A stretch of 64,000 nucleotides of DNA from IMGVR_UViG_3300027621_000003:186001-250000, one strand, 5' to 3'; positions 18,613 through 28,476 are shown, counted from the stretch's first letter. Notes: generated from the sequence alone by a model not told the origin. Translations and numbers: made by a program.

Positions 18613-20502
18613 TTATCTTATTAATGTAAAAGTTCCGTTGTATTGAGTGGATTTATTTTCTTTTGATATTATTTCTATTTTGTAGGTGTATACACTACTT
18701 GGTGACATTTTACCTAAGTAGGTACCGTCCCATCCTGTATTAATATCAACAGTTTCATACAACTTCTCTCCCCACCTGTTGTAAATTTCCATTCTAAAAG
18801 AATAACAATTTGAAATAAAGGGTTGAAAAGTGTTGTTGATAGCCGGGCCTTCTGGATTTGGGGTAAAAACATCGGGTATATACACCTGTAAATCACAAAG
18901 GGAATCTAAAATAGTAAATTTTCTAATAACTGAATCGCATCCGTTTATATTTTGAATAGTATCTTTAAACACCCCTGATATTTTAAATGTTAAATTTTCA
19001 TAAGAAAATTCCTCATCATCACATTTGCTAAATGTTTTATTAATATACTGTACTGTGGATTTGTAAAAATGAATAAATACATAAATGTTTGAGTCACATC
19101 CAGAGGTAGTTTGATTCCACTTGGTGAATTGTGTGTCATTACTGTACTTTTGTCCATCAAAAATAATCGGGTCATTACATGAATATAATTTAACTGTATC
19201 AAAATATGATAATCTATAGAGAGTGTCTATAAAGTAATTTACACACAAATTCTCTGTTTCTGTTTTATAAACAAAAGATTTTTTAGATGGGGGTTCGATG
19301 CTAATGCATTTAACATGTGGATTTAAATAGTAATTCACAGTATCTTTTGTTACTATTGTTAGATACAAAGGGTTTAAGGTGTTATCTAACTTATATGTAC
19401 CATCTTGACTATAGTATTTTTCATTTACATTTATAGAATCCCCTTTACATAAGGTCCTTATCTTAAAAGATATATCTTGAGTTTCTATACAGGTATTGTT
19501 ATTCAAATCAACCCAAAAATCGATGCCTGGATCTGGGTAGAAGTATTTTTGTTGAAATTTTTTATCTGAGGTTATGTAGTAATCGTGAACCTCCCCCGCC
19601 ATAATGTCGATAACATTCGAGTCGATAAACGTAAGATAACTTACAGCCCATGAATTTGGGTCTCTATAACAATATCCATTTTCACATAAATACAAAAAAT
19701 GTAAGCCGTCACATTGTCCTGAAATAGCAACTGCTGGGAAAGGTAAGTTAATCTTTCTCAGGACACGAATTGAATCAACTGAATAATTAAAAGTAAAAAC
19801 ATTTCCATCCTTATCTAGGGCTGATACAAATGCAGTTGTTGCTTTGATATCTACAATAGATTTTAATGCTAATCTGGATATTTTTGGATTTTTAATGAAT
19901 TCACCCCACCCTCCTACATTTATAAAATCAATGTACCCATTAGAATTTAAAGCAAAAAACTTCCCACCCGCTCCCATAGCAACACGTTTTACGTTATTAA
20001 CCCCGGTGATTTGTACAACCTCTTTTATGTAACTTGTGGAATTTGTCGGAGATGTCACCCATAGACTACCATCTTTTTTCACAAAAGCCACCCCGTTTAT
20101 TGCGGCATCACAAAATGATACATTACTTATCACTCCGATAGGGTATTGAATTTCACCCCACACATATCCACTGTCATTTGTTTTAATTATTCCCATAAAG
20201 TATCCACCAGAATGGTATTTTACTTCTGAAAGGTTATATGTCCATGTAGGTGATGTAATCACCGAACGCCAACCCCTTTTTATTAAACCTGTCATACTGT
20301 ATCCCCACCCGTAAAGTTTTCTTTCGGATCCACATATCATAAATCCACCGTAGGAGTACGAACTTAAATTTGTTGGTTTATACCACAAACGCCCTCCGAA
20401 ACCATCACCAACAATACTATTTTGAGACCAACAAACATTTGTAAAAAATATTAAAATATAAGGTATGATATATTTTGTCATAATTTGTTTATTGTTGCTC
20501 AT
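18613..20502 (-). CDS. T9SS type B CTD (gliding-motility-associated C-terminal/CHU_C) surface protein with an RCC1-like N-terminal region
   Basis: Signal peptide; C-terminal YIPDVFTPN...IYNRWGE...WDGTY...VYTY...GTFTLIR; GCDS repeats. Confidence 0.85.
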   Translation of the reverse strand: MSNNKQIMTKYIIPYILIFFTNVCWSQNSIVGDGFGGRLWYKPTNLSSYSYGGFMICGSERKLYGWGYSMTGLIKRGWRSVITSPTWTYNLSEVKYHSGGYFMGIIKTNDSGYVWGEIQYPIGVISNVSFCDAAINGVAFVKKDGSLWVTSPTNSTSYIKEVVQITGVNNVKRVAMGAGGKFFALNSNGYIDFINVGGWGEFIKNPKISRLALKSIVDIKATTAFVSALDKDGNVFTFNYSVDSIRVLRKINLPFPAVAISGQCDGLHFLYLCENGYCYRDPNSWAVSYLTFIDSNVIDIMAGEVHDYYITSDKKFQQKYFYPDPGIDFWVDLNNNTCIETQDISFKIRTLCKGDSINVNEKYYSQDGTYKLDNTLNPLYLTIVTKDTVNYYLNPHVKCISIEPPSKKSFVYKTETENLCVNYFIDTLYRLSYFDTVKLYSCNDPIIFDGQKYSNDTQFTKWNQTTSGCDSNIYVFIHFYKSTVQYINKTFSKCDDEEFSYENLTFKISGVFKDTIQNINGCDSVIRKFTILDSLCDLQVYIPDVFTPNPEGPAINNTFQPFISNCYSFRMEIYNRWGEKLYETVDINTGWDGTYLGKMSPSSVYTYKIEIISKENKSTQYNGTFTLIR

Positions 20503-20761
20503 AGTTTTTAATCTCTCGTTTTACTGCATCCCAATATCTATGCTCTGATTCCAAATTTTGAACTTCCATCCAATCAAAATCAATTGCTTCAATTATTTTA
20601 TTAATTGCAATCATTGCACATTGCTTGGCGTTCCATAATTTCATTCTTTGGGAATAAAATAAACCATCTTCCCTTATTGCTTCATTGGATGTAAATTCAA
20701 TAAATGATTCTATTAATTCCTCGGCTTGTTCTTTCGGTGTCTGTTGTTTATTGTTTGTCAT
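20489..20761 (-). CDS. Cassette-array protein (MTNNKQQTPKEQAEEL)
   Basis: ORF track; starts in a junction repeat. Confidence 0.7.
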   Translation of the reverse strand: MTNNKQQTPKEQAEELIESFIEFTSNEAIREDGLFYSQRMKLWNAKQCAMIAINKIIEAIDFDWMEVQNLESEHRYWDAVKREIKNYEQQ

Positions 20762-21143
20762 CTTCTTTATATTTAATTCCTTTTATTTGATATGATTTTA
20801 GACTTGGTACAAGTATTTCAAAAAATAGATTAGAGTCTATAAAATAACCGTAGCTGTAACCAATTCTTAAACCAACTAACCAAGCATCAAGTTCATAGTG
20901 AAATTGGTGCGGAAATGAGTAATTCTCTTTATCTTGAAGCAGGTGTCCTAATTCATGAAAAAAAATTGCTTTTTGTATTTCCTTATTGTCGCACTTACTT
21001 ATATAAATCTCCGCATTACACAGACTATTTCCACGAGATGAAAACCCAGTGTTATCTTCACCTTTGGCGTTCAAATACAAAGCAATGTTGTTTTGCTTGG
21101 CTATTTGTTCAATAGTGTAAGTTTGTTGTTTATTGTTTGTCAT
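20748..21143 (-). CDS. Cassette-array protein, ImmA/IrrE-like HExxH metallopeptidase
   Basis: IFFHELGHL...ELDAW. Confidence 0.6.
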   Translation of the reverse strand: MTNNKQQTYTIEQIAKQNNIALYLNAKGEDNTGFSSRGNSLCNAEIYISKCDNKEIQKAIFFHELGHLLQDKENYSFPHQFHYELDAWLVGLRIGYSYGYFIDSNLFFEILVPSLKSYQIKGIKYKEDDKQ

Positions 21144-21192
21144 TGCTTAGATTTTGTTTTTAATTGTCCGTACCATTCTGAAAATTTCTTGT

Positions 21193-21363
21193 TCATATTA
21201 TTTTTTTATTGTTTGTCATTGTTTTATCTTTTTCCATAAGTTCTTTAAGTTCTTTTTTTCTTTGTTCTCTTAGTTGTTCTCGGTTTTCAATACGCCATTT
21301 ATTTTTTGCTATTGAATCGGTTTTATACGCAGTAGACAATAAGTGTTTGATTTTGTCATTCAT
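21193..21363 (-). CDS. Cassette-array small protein (MNDKIKHLL)
   Basis: Start corrected; preceded by GGAGGTAACA. Confidence 0.55.
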   Translation of the reverse strand: MNDKIKHLLSTAYKTDSIAKNKWRIENREQLREQRKKELKELMEKDKTMTNNKKII

Positions 21364-21622
21364 TGTTACCTCCGAATGTTTCGTTGTAGTATTGTTGTGA
21401 AAAATCTTCTGCACTTTGTCGTTTTTCAAGATATTCTAAACCATAAGGCAAATTATTAAGATGAATAAACATATCCATTTGAGCATTTTTAATTTCATCC
21501 TTTCGCATTGCTTCGGCTTGTTCAAGTGCTTTGTCAATATCAAATCCTCTCAATCTCAAATTGATGTCTTTTTTGATTTGTTCAACCAACCACTCTACGC
21601 TACTCTGTTTATTGTTGCTCAT
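21356..21622 (-). CDS. Cassette-array protein (MSNNKQSSVEWL...YYNETFGG)
   Basis: Paralog of 22227-22484. Confidence 0.7.
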   Translation of the reverse strand: MSNNKQSSVEWLVEQIKKDINLRLRGFDIDKALEQAEAMRKDEIKNAQMDMFIHLNNLPYGLEYLEKRQSAEDFSQQYYNETFGGNNE

Positions 21623-21855
21623 TTGTTACCTCCTTTCTCCCTTGCAAAAATCTTAAATGTGTTTCCATTGCCATCACTAAATACAATGTTTGAAGTACTA
21701 GTATCACCAATTGTAAGGTTCATTTCTCTTTTTCCATTAATGTATTCAGCAATCATTACTGGTACATCATTATTAAATTGAAATGCCCATTCTAAGTTAT
21801 CAATTTTATGGTTTACAATTGTAACTGTTCCCAAGTTTTGTTTATTGTTGCTCAT
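21619..21855 (-). CDS. Cassette-array protein (MSNNKQNL)
   Basis: Start corrected to the junction ATG. Confidence 0.65.
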   Translation of the reverse strand: MSNNKQNLGTVTIVNHKIDNLEWAFQFNNDVPVMIAEYINGKREMNLTIGDTSTSNIVFSDGNGNTFKIFAREKGGNK

Positions 21856-22096
21856 TGTTACCTCCTTGTATTTTATCACGCATCCAAGTTGCACCACCTA
21901 AATAAGATACATCGTAAGGGTCAAATTCGTCAAACTCCATACCATCCAACTCCATCATTTTTTTAATCTCCTCATCACTTGGTAGTTCAATGGGTGTATA
22001 TTTCATTTCTTCTAATAATTCTTGAGGAGTTACAAAATACTCTCTGTTTAAATTACCGATTATTTGTAACACTTGTTCTTCCGTGTATAGTTTCAT
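21842..22096 (-). CDS. Cassette-array protein (MKLYTEEQV...IELPSDEEI...GATWMRDKIQGG)
   Basis: ORF track. Confidence 0.7.
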   Translation of the reverse strand: MKLYTEEQVLQIIGNLNREYFVTPQELLEEMKYTPIELPSDEEIKKMMELDGMEFDEFDPYDVSYLGGATWMRDKIQGGNNEQQ

Positions 22097-22230
22097 TGCT
22101 CACCTCCTCCGTCTGTTTTGCTTTTTGCATTTTTGCTCATTTTGTTGAATACTTCAACATACATTCTAATTGTTGGAGATACAATATAACTTGCTACTGC
22201 ACCTACCGTAAACCATATTAAATCATTCAT
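22093..22230 (-). CDS. Cassette-array small membrane protein, 45 aa (MNDLIWFTVGAVASY...GGGEQ), absent from the ORF track
   Basis: Hand-translated; ATGA overlaps at both ends. Confidence 0.6.
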   Translation of the reverse strand: MNDLIWFTVGAVASYIVSPTIRMYVEVFNKMSKNAKSKTDGGGEQ

Positions 22231-22484
22231 TGCTTGCCTCCTCCGTAGGTTTCGTTGTAGTATTGTTCAGCTGGTATTATTTCTCTATTAATTACCGAGT
22301 TTCTTCCCTCAATGTAATCATTTATTGTTCTTTCCTTGTCCATTTCTTTGGCTTGTTGATATGCTTTTGTTAGTTCTTCTGCATATTCAATTGGAGAAAG
22401 TTTGCCTAACCTTACTTCGATTTCTAGAATATCTCTTCTAACCGAAAACCATTCCACTGCTGTTTGTTGTTTATTCTTTGTCAT
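22227..22484 (-). CDS. Cassette-array protein (MTKNKQQTAVEWF...AEQYYNETYGG)
   Basis: ORF track. Confidence 0.7.
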   Translation of the reverse strand: MTKNKQQTAVEWFSVRRDILEIEVRLGKLSPIEYAEELTKAYQQAKEMDKERTINDYIEGRNSVINREIIPAEQYYNETYGGGKQ

Positions 22485-22572
22485 AACTTTTATTTTTTAA
22501 ATATTTTTCTATGTCGTTAATATACGAACAATCTTTCATAAAGCCAAATTTATTTTGAATAATTTTTTTTCT

Positions 22573-25500
22573 TTACCTTAGTAATGTAAAAGTTCCGTTG
22601 TATTGAAATACTTTATCTTCAAGTGACGTTACTATCATTTTATATACATATACACCATCTGGTGCAGGTTGTCCTTTATAATTACCATCCCATCCTTTTG
22701 TAAGGTCGGTTGTTTCATACATTTTTTCACCCCAACGATTAAAGATTAACATTTCATATGTTTTGTTATTAATAACATACGGTCTGAATGTATTGTTTTC
22801 ATTTGGTCCAGCACCATCAGGTGTAAATGCGTCAGGTACAAAGATAATGATATCAGGACCAATAACAACCTTTTTCATTGAAGAATCTTTACATCCTTTA
22901 TCTGTGGTAACAATTAACTTAATCCAATATGTCCCTGTATCCTTTCCAAATACAATGTTTGAGTTCTTAAGTGTATCACTACCAATCTTATATGATTTAC
23001 CCCAAGTCCAATTGTGTTTCATGTTGGTGACAAATGGATTCTGACTAACACTTGATGTGTTAATAGTTTTGAACTTAGGTAATGCCACCGTTGTTTTGTA
23101 CAATGGGTCGGTATTAAACACAACACTTGGTTTTGGATAAACATTAACGGTTTGTGTTATTGTTCTATTACATTGTTTTTTACCTTCTACGTTTGTAATT
23201 GATAAAGTTATTTGGTATTGTCCTTGTGTTGAGAACAAGTAAGGAACTGAACTGTTATTAGTGGAGATACTATTAGTATTTACATACCAATTATATGTTA
23301 ACAAAGAAGGGTTAATTCCTTTTCTTTCGGTGGGTGTAAAAGTGGTATTCAGTGGTTCACATCCATTTTGATATGTAAACATTGGGTCGGGATATTGGTG
23401 AATATAAACTCTTACGGTATCAAAAGGGTTTGGACATACATTTTTTGCAACACTCCAATCAACTCTAACATCAACATAACCTAACGCAGTATCAGTAATT
23501 GTTGGGACATACTTTTTATTCATGGTTGGTCCAAATGTTGCCATTGGTGTCCAATTAAATGTTCCACCATTTAAGTATTGGGTATCAATTTTTAATGTAA
23601 CTGTGTCAAACTCACATACTTCAATTGGTTTAACAAATTTAACTTTTGGTATATTAACAATTGTGATTTTAGCGTATTCAGTATCTTGACAGTTATATGG
23701 TGTAAGACCAATCATCATCCATTTGTATGGACCTGGTACATAACCTGTTAGAGTTGTTGTTCCGTTGAAGAATCTACCATCAGGATAACTCACAATGGTT
23801 CCACCTTTATTACTTACAGCTAATGTTAACACATCCAAAGGAATTGCGGATGCACATATTGTAGTATCTCTAACTCTCAAGTCCGATGTATCATGAACTA
23901 TGATATTAAAACTATCTATTTTTACACAACCAAATTGTGAACTTACATATTTTATGTTATACACACCAGGTCCTGTAGATGTTTTGAATAATCCTGTAGA
24001 AATGTTTGTAGTTACTTTTGGATGACTCCTATCACCATTTACATCTTGAACGTAAATTGTTCCTCCTGTTGGTTTAACACCATTAACGGTTATGTAGTCA
24101 AACATATTAACATTAATACCTGAGTTCACACAATAATCAGGAATTGTTTTAATAATAACTGTTGGTTCTGCAATTATATTTACGTCAACAGTATCGGTAC
24201 TTTGACATCCTGTAACTAAATCTCTAACAATAAGTTTGAATGTGTATTTTCCTTGATATTCATCTTGAAACGATAAACCAAAGTTAAATTTGATGTTTGG
24301 TGTTACACCACCTGAAATGTCATACAATAATTTTGATGTATCAATTCCTGATGGAGCTCTTACCACATCCCATCTCATATAAACACCTGATTTGGTTGCT
24401 GGTTTAGTTCTTAACACGTCCATCATCATTGACCCAATATCCTGACAAATAGTTTTTGGAACTAATGTAATCATTGGTGTACCATAAATTGTTTGTGTTG
24501 TTGAATCCATGTTGGAACAACTATTTGTGTCTGTGAACTTCACATACATTTTGGTGGTATAATTGTTTCCACCTTGTAATTTACTATTGTCAAGTAAAGT
24601 TGTGTTGAACAAAAATCTTCCATTATAAGGAATATATCCGTAAGTTATATTACCTGATTTTTTTAACTTATCTCCATTCCAAACATCATACGTTCCAAGA
24701 TTATGAGGTTTAACTAAGAATAGTTCCGACCATATACTACCATAAGAATAACATTGAGGTTTTAGTGGTTTTGGACTCCAACTAATTTTTGGTAATGGTT
24801 TAACCCTCACAAACATTGTATCCATATCTTCACAAGAACGTCCATTTTGAGTTAGAACAGTCTTTAATGTAAACATATAGGTTAATTTTGTTATATCAGA
24901 TTTTAGCTTATAGGTTGATAAATTACCCAATCCGCCCCAAGTATATGTAGGACTTAATAGTGGTGGTCTATGACTGGCAGTCAAGGTGAATGTGTCTTTA
25001 TCGCATATTGCTTGGTTTAGTCCTGCATTTGTTATTACAGTATCGTTTACAAAAACTGTTGCGGTATCATATTTTACACACTTCCACTTTGTTTCCATTA
25101 CCTGTACCCAATAGATGCCTTTTAAATTGGTTTTAAATATTCGTGTTGTATCACCAGTGCTCCACATATATTTAACCGTGTCTGAATTTTGAGCATCAAA
25201 TGTAGCAATTTCATAAGTACATATTTGTTGGTCAATTCCAATTCCCACCACTGGTAATGGTTTCTTATAAATTGTAGTTGTATCATAGAAAATACATCCA
25301 TCCCCATCAGTAATTTTTAGACGAACTGTAGAGTCACGATTAATATTAGGAATACTTAAAGTTTGAAAAGTATCTCCTAAAATATGCTCTTCAGATTTCC
25401 AAGCCGCTTTAGACCCTGTATCTTTCACTACTCTGGTCCAATAGTATTTGAATGGTGAATTACCAAACAATATGTTAGCATTTAACTTCATTGTAGTACC

Positions 25501-27114
25501 AAAACACGCAAAAGTGTCAGCATCAGCCATAACAACCTGAGGTGGATTTGGAATAATAACAGTATCCCTATATATGGTAGGACAGTTATCTGAGTTGTTT
25601 ACAGTATGTACAATAATGTATTTTCCACCACGGTAAAATGTCATAGTATCTGATTTTTTTGTACTATAAAATATCTCAGACTTGCCCAAGCTATCTCTTA
25701 CACTCCACTTAAATTGAGGAGCACCTTTAAAGGATAAACTAACAGATGCCGCCATGGCGAATTTACCACATTTTAAATTTGTGTATTTGCGAATACTAAA
25801 TGCTCGTGGATTTACTTTAACCTTAAAACCACGAATGGCTTGAGAAGGTTTTGGACAGTGTTCATCTGTTACTGTTACCGTGAAAGCATAAGAAATATCT
25901 GACGCCATACCCACAGAAGGTGTCCATTCAAAATAAGCCCATGCTTTTCTTTTTTCGGGCCAATCCTTCCTATTTGCCAAGGTAAACTTAGCGCCAGGAA
26001 TACCTTTATTCCATTTTAAATTTGTTGTATCTGGAATTGTTTGATTCGGAGTAAATGTTTCATCATCCGATTCTACCTTGAATTTTAGTGTTTCACCTTC
26101 ACAGACTTTCCAATTAAACGGACCTAACAATGTTGGTGCTTTGTTGTAACCACAATCATCTTTCACCCACAATTGCATATCTCTACGTGTTTTACCAACA
26201 ATGATATAACTGCCTGTGGCACTGTCTTTTCGCCATTCTGTAATTACAATCACCGCAATTGCAACTTCATCACATTTCGTGGGTGTTAAGATAATATCAC
26301 CAGAACTTGTATCAAAGAATAATCCTCTTGGAGGGTTCAGTCCGGGTTTAGGAGCACAGTTAATTGAAGTTGGTGGAATGCAATATGGCGTCATGAAATA
26401 ACGAGGAGTAAATGGCGAAGAATAAGATACAGAATTGTTGGGCAAAGTGTTAATACCATTTGTTAAACTGTATGAAAAAGAATCATAATCAACAGTATCA
26501 ATTGCACCATTATTAAAATAATATGCCTGATTACAACAAAGAAAGGCGATGGGAGCATTACTTAGTGTTGGAGAAGAGTTACACTTGTTTGTAGTCTTCT
26601 TTATATTACAGATGTTAATCATACAGGTAGTATAAAAACCTTGACTGGCGGGTCCAGTAGTAATGGCACCATTTCTACAACACTGTCCAATGTAAAATGT
26701 CACTTCACAACATGTAGATTTATTGAGATAACCACTTAATGGACTTGTATTAAAATCTACCGTAACTTCATAGGTATGTTCTTCAATTCCCTCACCAGTA
26801 CCATAAGTATTTTGAGGAGAACAAGGCGAACTCGCTGTTGAACATCGTGGCGTAACGTCTTTAATTCCCGTTCTGGTAATAGATAAAAGACTACTTCCGC
26901 ATCCATTTCCACCATTGGTTCCTGCAAATACACCAAATTCAGGAGAATTGAATGGGACACCTCTACAATCTCTATAAATTTTTGCTGTGATTTTATATTT
27001 TCCGTTACCCAAACATTTATAAGACATATCTCCACCCATCATGTGAGTGGATGTGGAAATGTTTGATAACAAAAACGTTAGAATAAAAAGTAATAATGGT
27101 AAAAGTTTTTTCAT
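22573..27114 (-). CDS. Large T9SS type B CTD surface protein with Ig/PKD-like repeats
   Basis: Signal peptide MKKLLPLLLF; THMMGGDMSYKCLG N-terminus; C-terminal FVPDAFTP...IFNRWGE...WDGNY...GVYVY...GTFTLLR. Confidence 0.9.
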   Translation of the reverse strand: MKKLLPLLLFILTFLLSNISTSTHMMGGDMSYKCLGNGKYKITAKIYRDCRGVPFNSPEFGVFAGTNGGNGCGSSLLSITRTGIKDVTPRCSTASSPCSPQNTYGTGEGIEEHTYEVTVDFNTSPLSGYLNKSTCCEVTFYIGQCCRNGAITTGPASQGFYTTCMINICNIKKTTNKCNSSPTLSNAPIAFLCCNQAYYFNNGAIDTVDYDSFSYSLTNGINTLPNNSVSYSSPFTPRYFMTPYCIPPTSINCAPKPGLNPPRGLFFDTSSGDIILTPTKCDEVAIAVIVITEWRKDSATGSYIIVGKTRRDMQLWVKDDCGYNKAPTLLGPFNWKVCEGETLKFKVESDDETFTPNQTIPDTTNLKWNKGIPGAKFTLANRKDWPEKRKAWAYFEWTPSVGMASDISYAFTVTVTDEHCPKPSQAIRGFKVKVNPRAFSIRKYTNLKCGKFAMAASVSLSFKGAPQFKWSVRDSLGKSEIFYSTKKSDTMTFYRGGKYIIVHTVNNSDNCPTIYRDTVIIPNPPQVVMADADTFACFGTTMKLNANILFGNSPFKYYWTRVVKDTGSKAAWKSEEHILGDTFQTLSIPNINRDSTVRLKITDGDGCIFYDTTTIYKKPLPVVGIGIDQQICTYEIATFDAQNSDTVKYMWSTGDTTRIFKTNLKGIYWVQVMETKWKCVKYDTATVFVNDTVITNAGLNQAICDKDTFTLTASHRPPLLSPTYTWGGLGNLSTYKLKSDITKLTYMFTLKTVLTQNGRSCEDMDTMFVRVKPLPKISWSPKPLKPQCYSYGSIWSELFLVKPHNLGTYDVWNGDKLKKSGNITYGYIPYNGRFLFNTTLLDNSKLQGGNNYTTKMYVKFTDTNSCSNMDSTTQTIYGTPMITLVPKTICQDIGSMMMDVLRTKPATKSGVYMRWDVVRAPSGIDTSKLLYDISGGVTPNIKFNFGLSFQDEYQGKYTFKLIVRDLVTGCQSTDTVDVNIIAEPTVIIKTIPDYCVNSGINVNMFDYITVNGVKPTGGTIYVQDVNGDRSHPKVTTNISTGLFKTSTGPGVYNIKYVSSQFGCVKIDSFNIIVHDTSDLRVRDTTICASAIPLDVLTLAVSNKGGTIVSYPDGRFFNGTTTLTGYVPGPYKWMMIGLTPYNCQDTEYAKITIVNIPKVKFVKPIEVCEFDTVTLKIDTQYLNGGTFNWTPMATFGPTMNKKYVPTITDTALGYVDVRVDWSVAKNVCPNPFDTVRVYIHQYPDPMFTYQNGCEPLNTTFTPTERKGINPSLLTYNWYVNTNSISTNNSSVPYLFSTQGQYQITLSITNVEGKKQCNRTITQTVNVYPKPSVVFNTDPLYKTTVALPKFKTINTSSVSQNPFVTNMKHNWTWGKSYKIGSDTLKNSNIVFGKDTGTYWIKLIVTTDKGCKDSSMKKVVIGPDIIIFVPDAFTPDGAGPNENNTFRPYVINNKTYEMLIFNRWGEKMYETTDLTKGWDGNYKGQPAPDGVYVYKMIVTSLEDKVFQYNGTFTLLR

Positions 27115-27172
27115 CTCTATAAGTATAGACAATATTAATGATAAAAAGTATTCTTGCTGTAAAAAAATAAAA

Positions 27173-27196
27173 AACCCCCAACTTTCGCTGAGGGTT
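27173..27196 (-). terminator. Repeated terminator hairpin, copy 1 of 3
   Basis: aacccccaactttcgctgagggtt, also at 30271-30295 and 32150-32174. Confidence 0.7.
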
Positions 27197-27221
27197 CTAT
27201 TATTACTGAGTAGTATTCTTC

Positions 27222-27506
27222 TTAGTAATTTGTTTCTCCTTCGTGTCTTGGGTCTAATTTTTCGTACATGTACGATTTGAACGCTGATGTTACACTTTGT
27301 TCTGCCTGAGCAATTTTAGAATTCATCCAATCTTCAAGTTCTTCATTTTCTTCCATCGCTTCCCACATTTTGTATGCGGTTACAGCAATTGTAAACAATT
27401 GTTGTTTTGCCATGTAGTTTCCATCAGAACCTTCAGTTGTTTCTGTTTTCATATCCTCAACTAATCTCTTAAGTTGGTCTTCAGTAATCATAAAATTTTT
27501 ACTCAT
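27222..27506 (-). CDS. Hypothetical protein, leader type A variant
   Basis: MSKNFMITEDQL; TATTTAT at 27513-27519; MAKQQL...LEDWMNSKI module. Confidence 0.7.
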   Translation of the reverse strand: MSKNFMITEDQLKRLVEDMKTETTEGSDGNYMAKQQLFTIAVTAYKMWEAMEENEELEDWMNSKIAQAEQSVTSAFKSYMYEKLDPRHEGETNY

Positions 27507-27530
27507 ATTAATATAAATACTTTAAAAGTA

Positions 27531-27558
27531 AAAAAGGTCAGACGAATCTGACCTTTTA
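27531..27558. terminator. Intrinsic terminator
   Basis: aaaggtcaga-cgaa-tctgaccttt hairpin. Confidence 0.65.
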
Positions 27559-27580
27559 TTGGGATTGACCGAATTCTCGG

Positions 27581-27892
27581 TCAATCAGCTCCACCACCCT
27601 CTTTTTTAGGAGAAGGGACTCCTGTAAAGATATTTAAAATATCTTCCACTTCTTCACCTGAACGGTAACTCATAACATCTGCACCACCACAGAACAGTTT
27701 TGTTACGAAATTACCACTACCGTTTTCTATTATAGCAATTTCAAATGTAGTTTCAAAATCACCATAAAGACCTTGTTTACCACCAACAATTGACACAACA
27801 TATTTACCAAAATCAAACAAACTTTGATAACCACCAAATTCTTTTAGTTTTTTCCTATCTTGTACGTCTTGTATGGTTAATTTAGTTTTCAC
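27581..27892 (-). CDS. Hypothetical phage protein
   Basis: SIVGG..GLYGD..TTFEIAI motif. Confidence 0.65.
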   Translation of the reverse strand: MKTKLTIQDVQDRKKLKEFGGYQSLFDFGKYVVSIVGGKQGLYGDFETTFEIAIIENGSGNFVTKLFCGGADVMSYRSGEEVEDILNIFTGVPSPKKEGGGAD

Positions 27893-28202
27893 GTAATTGT
27901 CTTAGTTTAATCCTTAGTAAATCTAAATTGTCTTTATCTCTTTGCGTCTTATTTCGTTTTGATACCAACTCATCAATTAAATCTTCAACCATCATAGTTT
28001 CACGTTCAAGGGTTAATTCTTTTTGAGTTTTTGCTGGTTCTATATTGGGTTGTTTTTCTTCAAGTTCCCTTTCTATTCTTTTTTTCTCATTCATATTGTG
28101 AATTGTTTTGACAACAATTGCACCTAAAACAACTCCACCAACAAATGGCCAAAATCCACCACGTTTCTGTTCTTTAACAACAACTATTCTTTCGTATCCC
28201 AT
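27882..28202 (-). CDS. Single-TM hypothetical protein
   Basis: TM segment FWPFVGGVVLGAIVV. Confidence 0.65.
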   Translation of the reverse strand: MGYERIVVVKEQKRGGFWPFVGGVVLGAIVVKTIHNMNEKKRIERELEEKQPNIEPAKTQKELTLERETMMVEDLIDELVSKRNKTQRDKDNLDLLRIKLRQLREN

Positions 28203-28203
28203 A

Positions 28204-28476
28204 TTATTTAGTAATTAATGCTTCAATTTTAGACTTAACCAACTCGGTCATAGATACCTCAGTTACATTGGTCATAATAACTGAATCTTTCAAGATACGA
28301 AAAGGGATGTGACTCAAGAAGTCTTCACCGTTGAAGAAGTCAAAGTCTGACTTATGAGCAAGACAACCATCCATTAAACGAAGGAACAACTTGAATTGTT
28401 CACCACTTGAAAATGTCTCACTTAATAATACACCCATTGACTCGTGTACAATCTTGATGTTAAATCCCTTATTCAT
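28204..28476 (-). CDS. Hypothetical protein
   Basis: Start corrected (TATCTTTG at 28481-28488). Confidence 0.65.
   Translation of the reverse strand: MNKGFNIKIVHESMGVLLSETFSSGEQFKLFLRLMDGCLAHKSDFDFFNGEDFLSHIPFRILKDSVIMTNVTEVSMTELVKSKIEALITK

Larger units (their letters stand above)
20489..22484 (-). repeat. Seven copies of a 14-nt junction repeat ATGA(C/G)(A/C)AA(C/G)AATAA
   Basis: Copies at 20489-20502, 20748-20761, 21130-21143, 21206-21219, 21609-21622, 21842-21855 and 22471-22484. Confidence 0.85.

Noticed and set aside
20489-22484. CRISPR array or classical integron
   Set aside because: The repeats are 14 nt, irregularly spaced and separated by whole genes; no cas gene, integrase or attC-like palindrome was seen.
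18613-22800. Diversity-generating retroelement TR/VR pair from the similar 3' ends of the two type B CTD genes
   Set aside because: The similarity reflects CTD homology, differences are not adenine-specific, and no reverse transcriptase is in the window.
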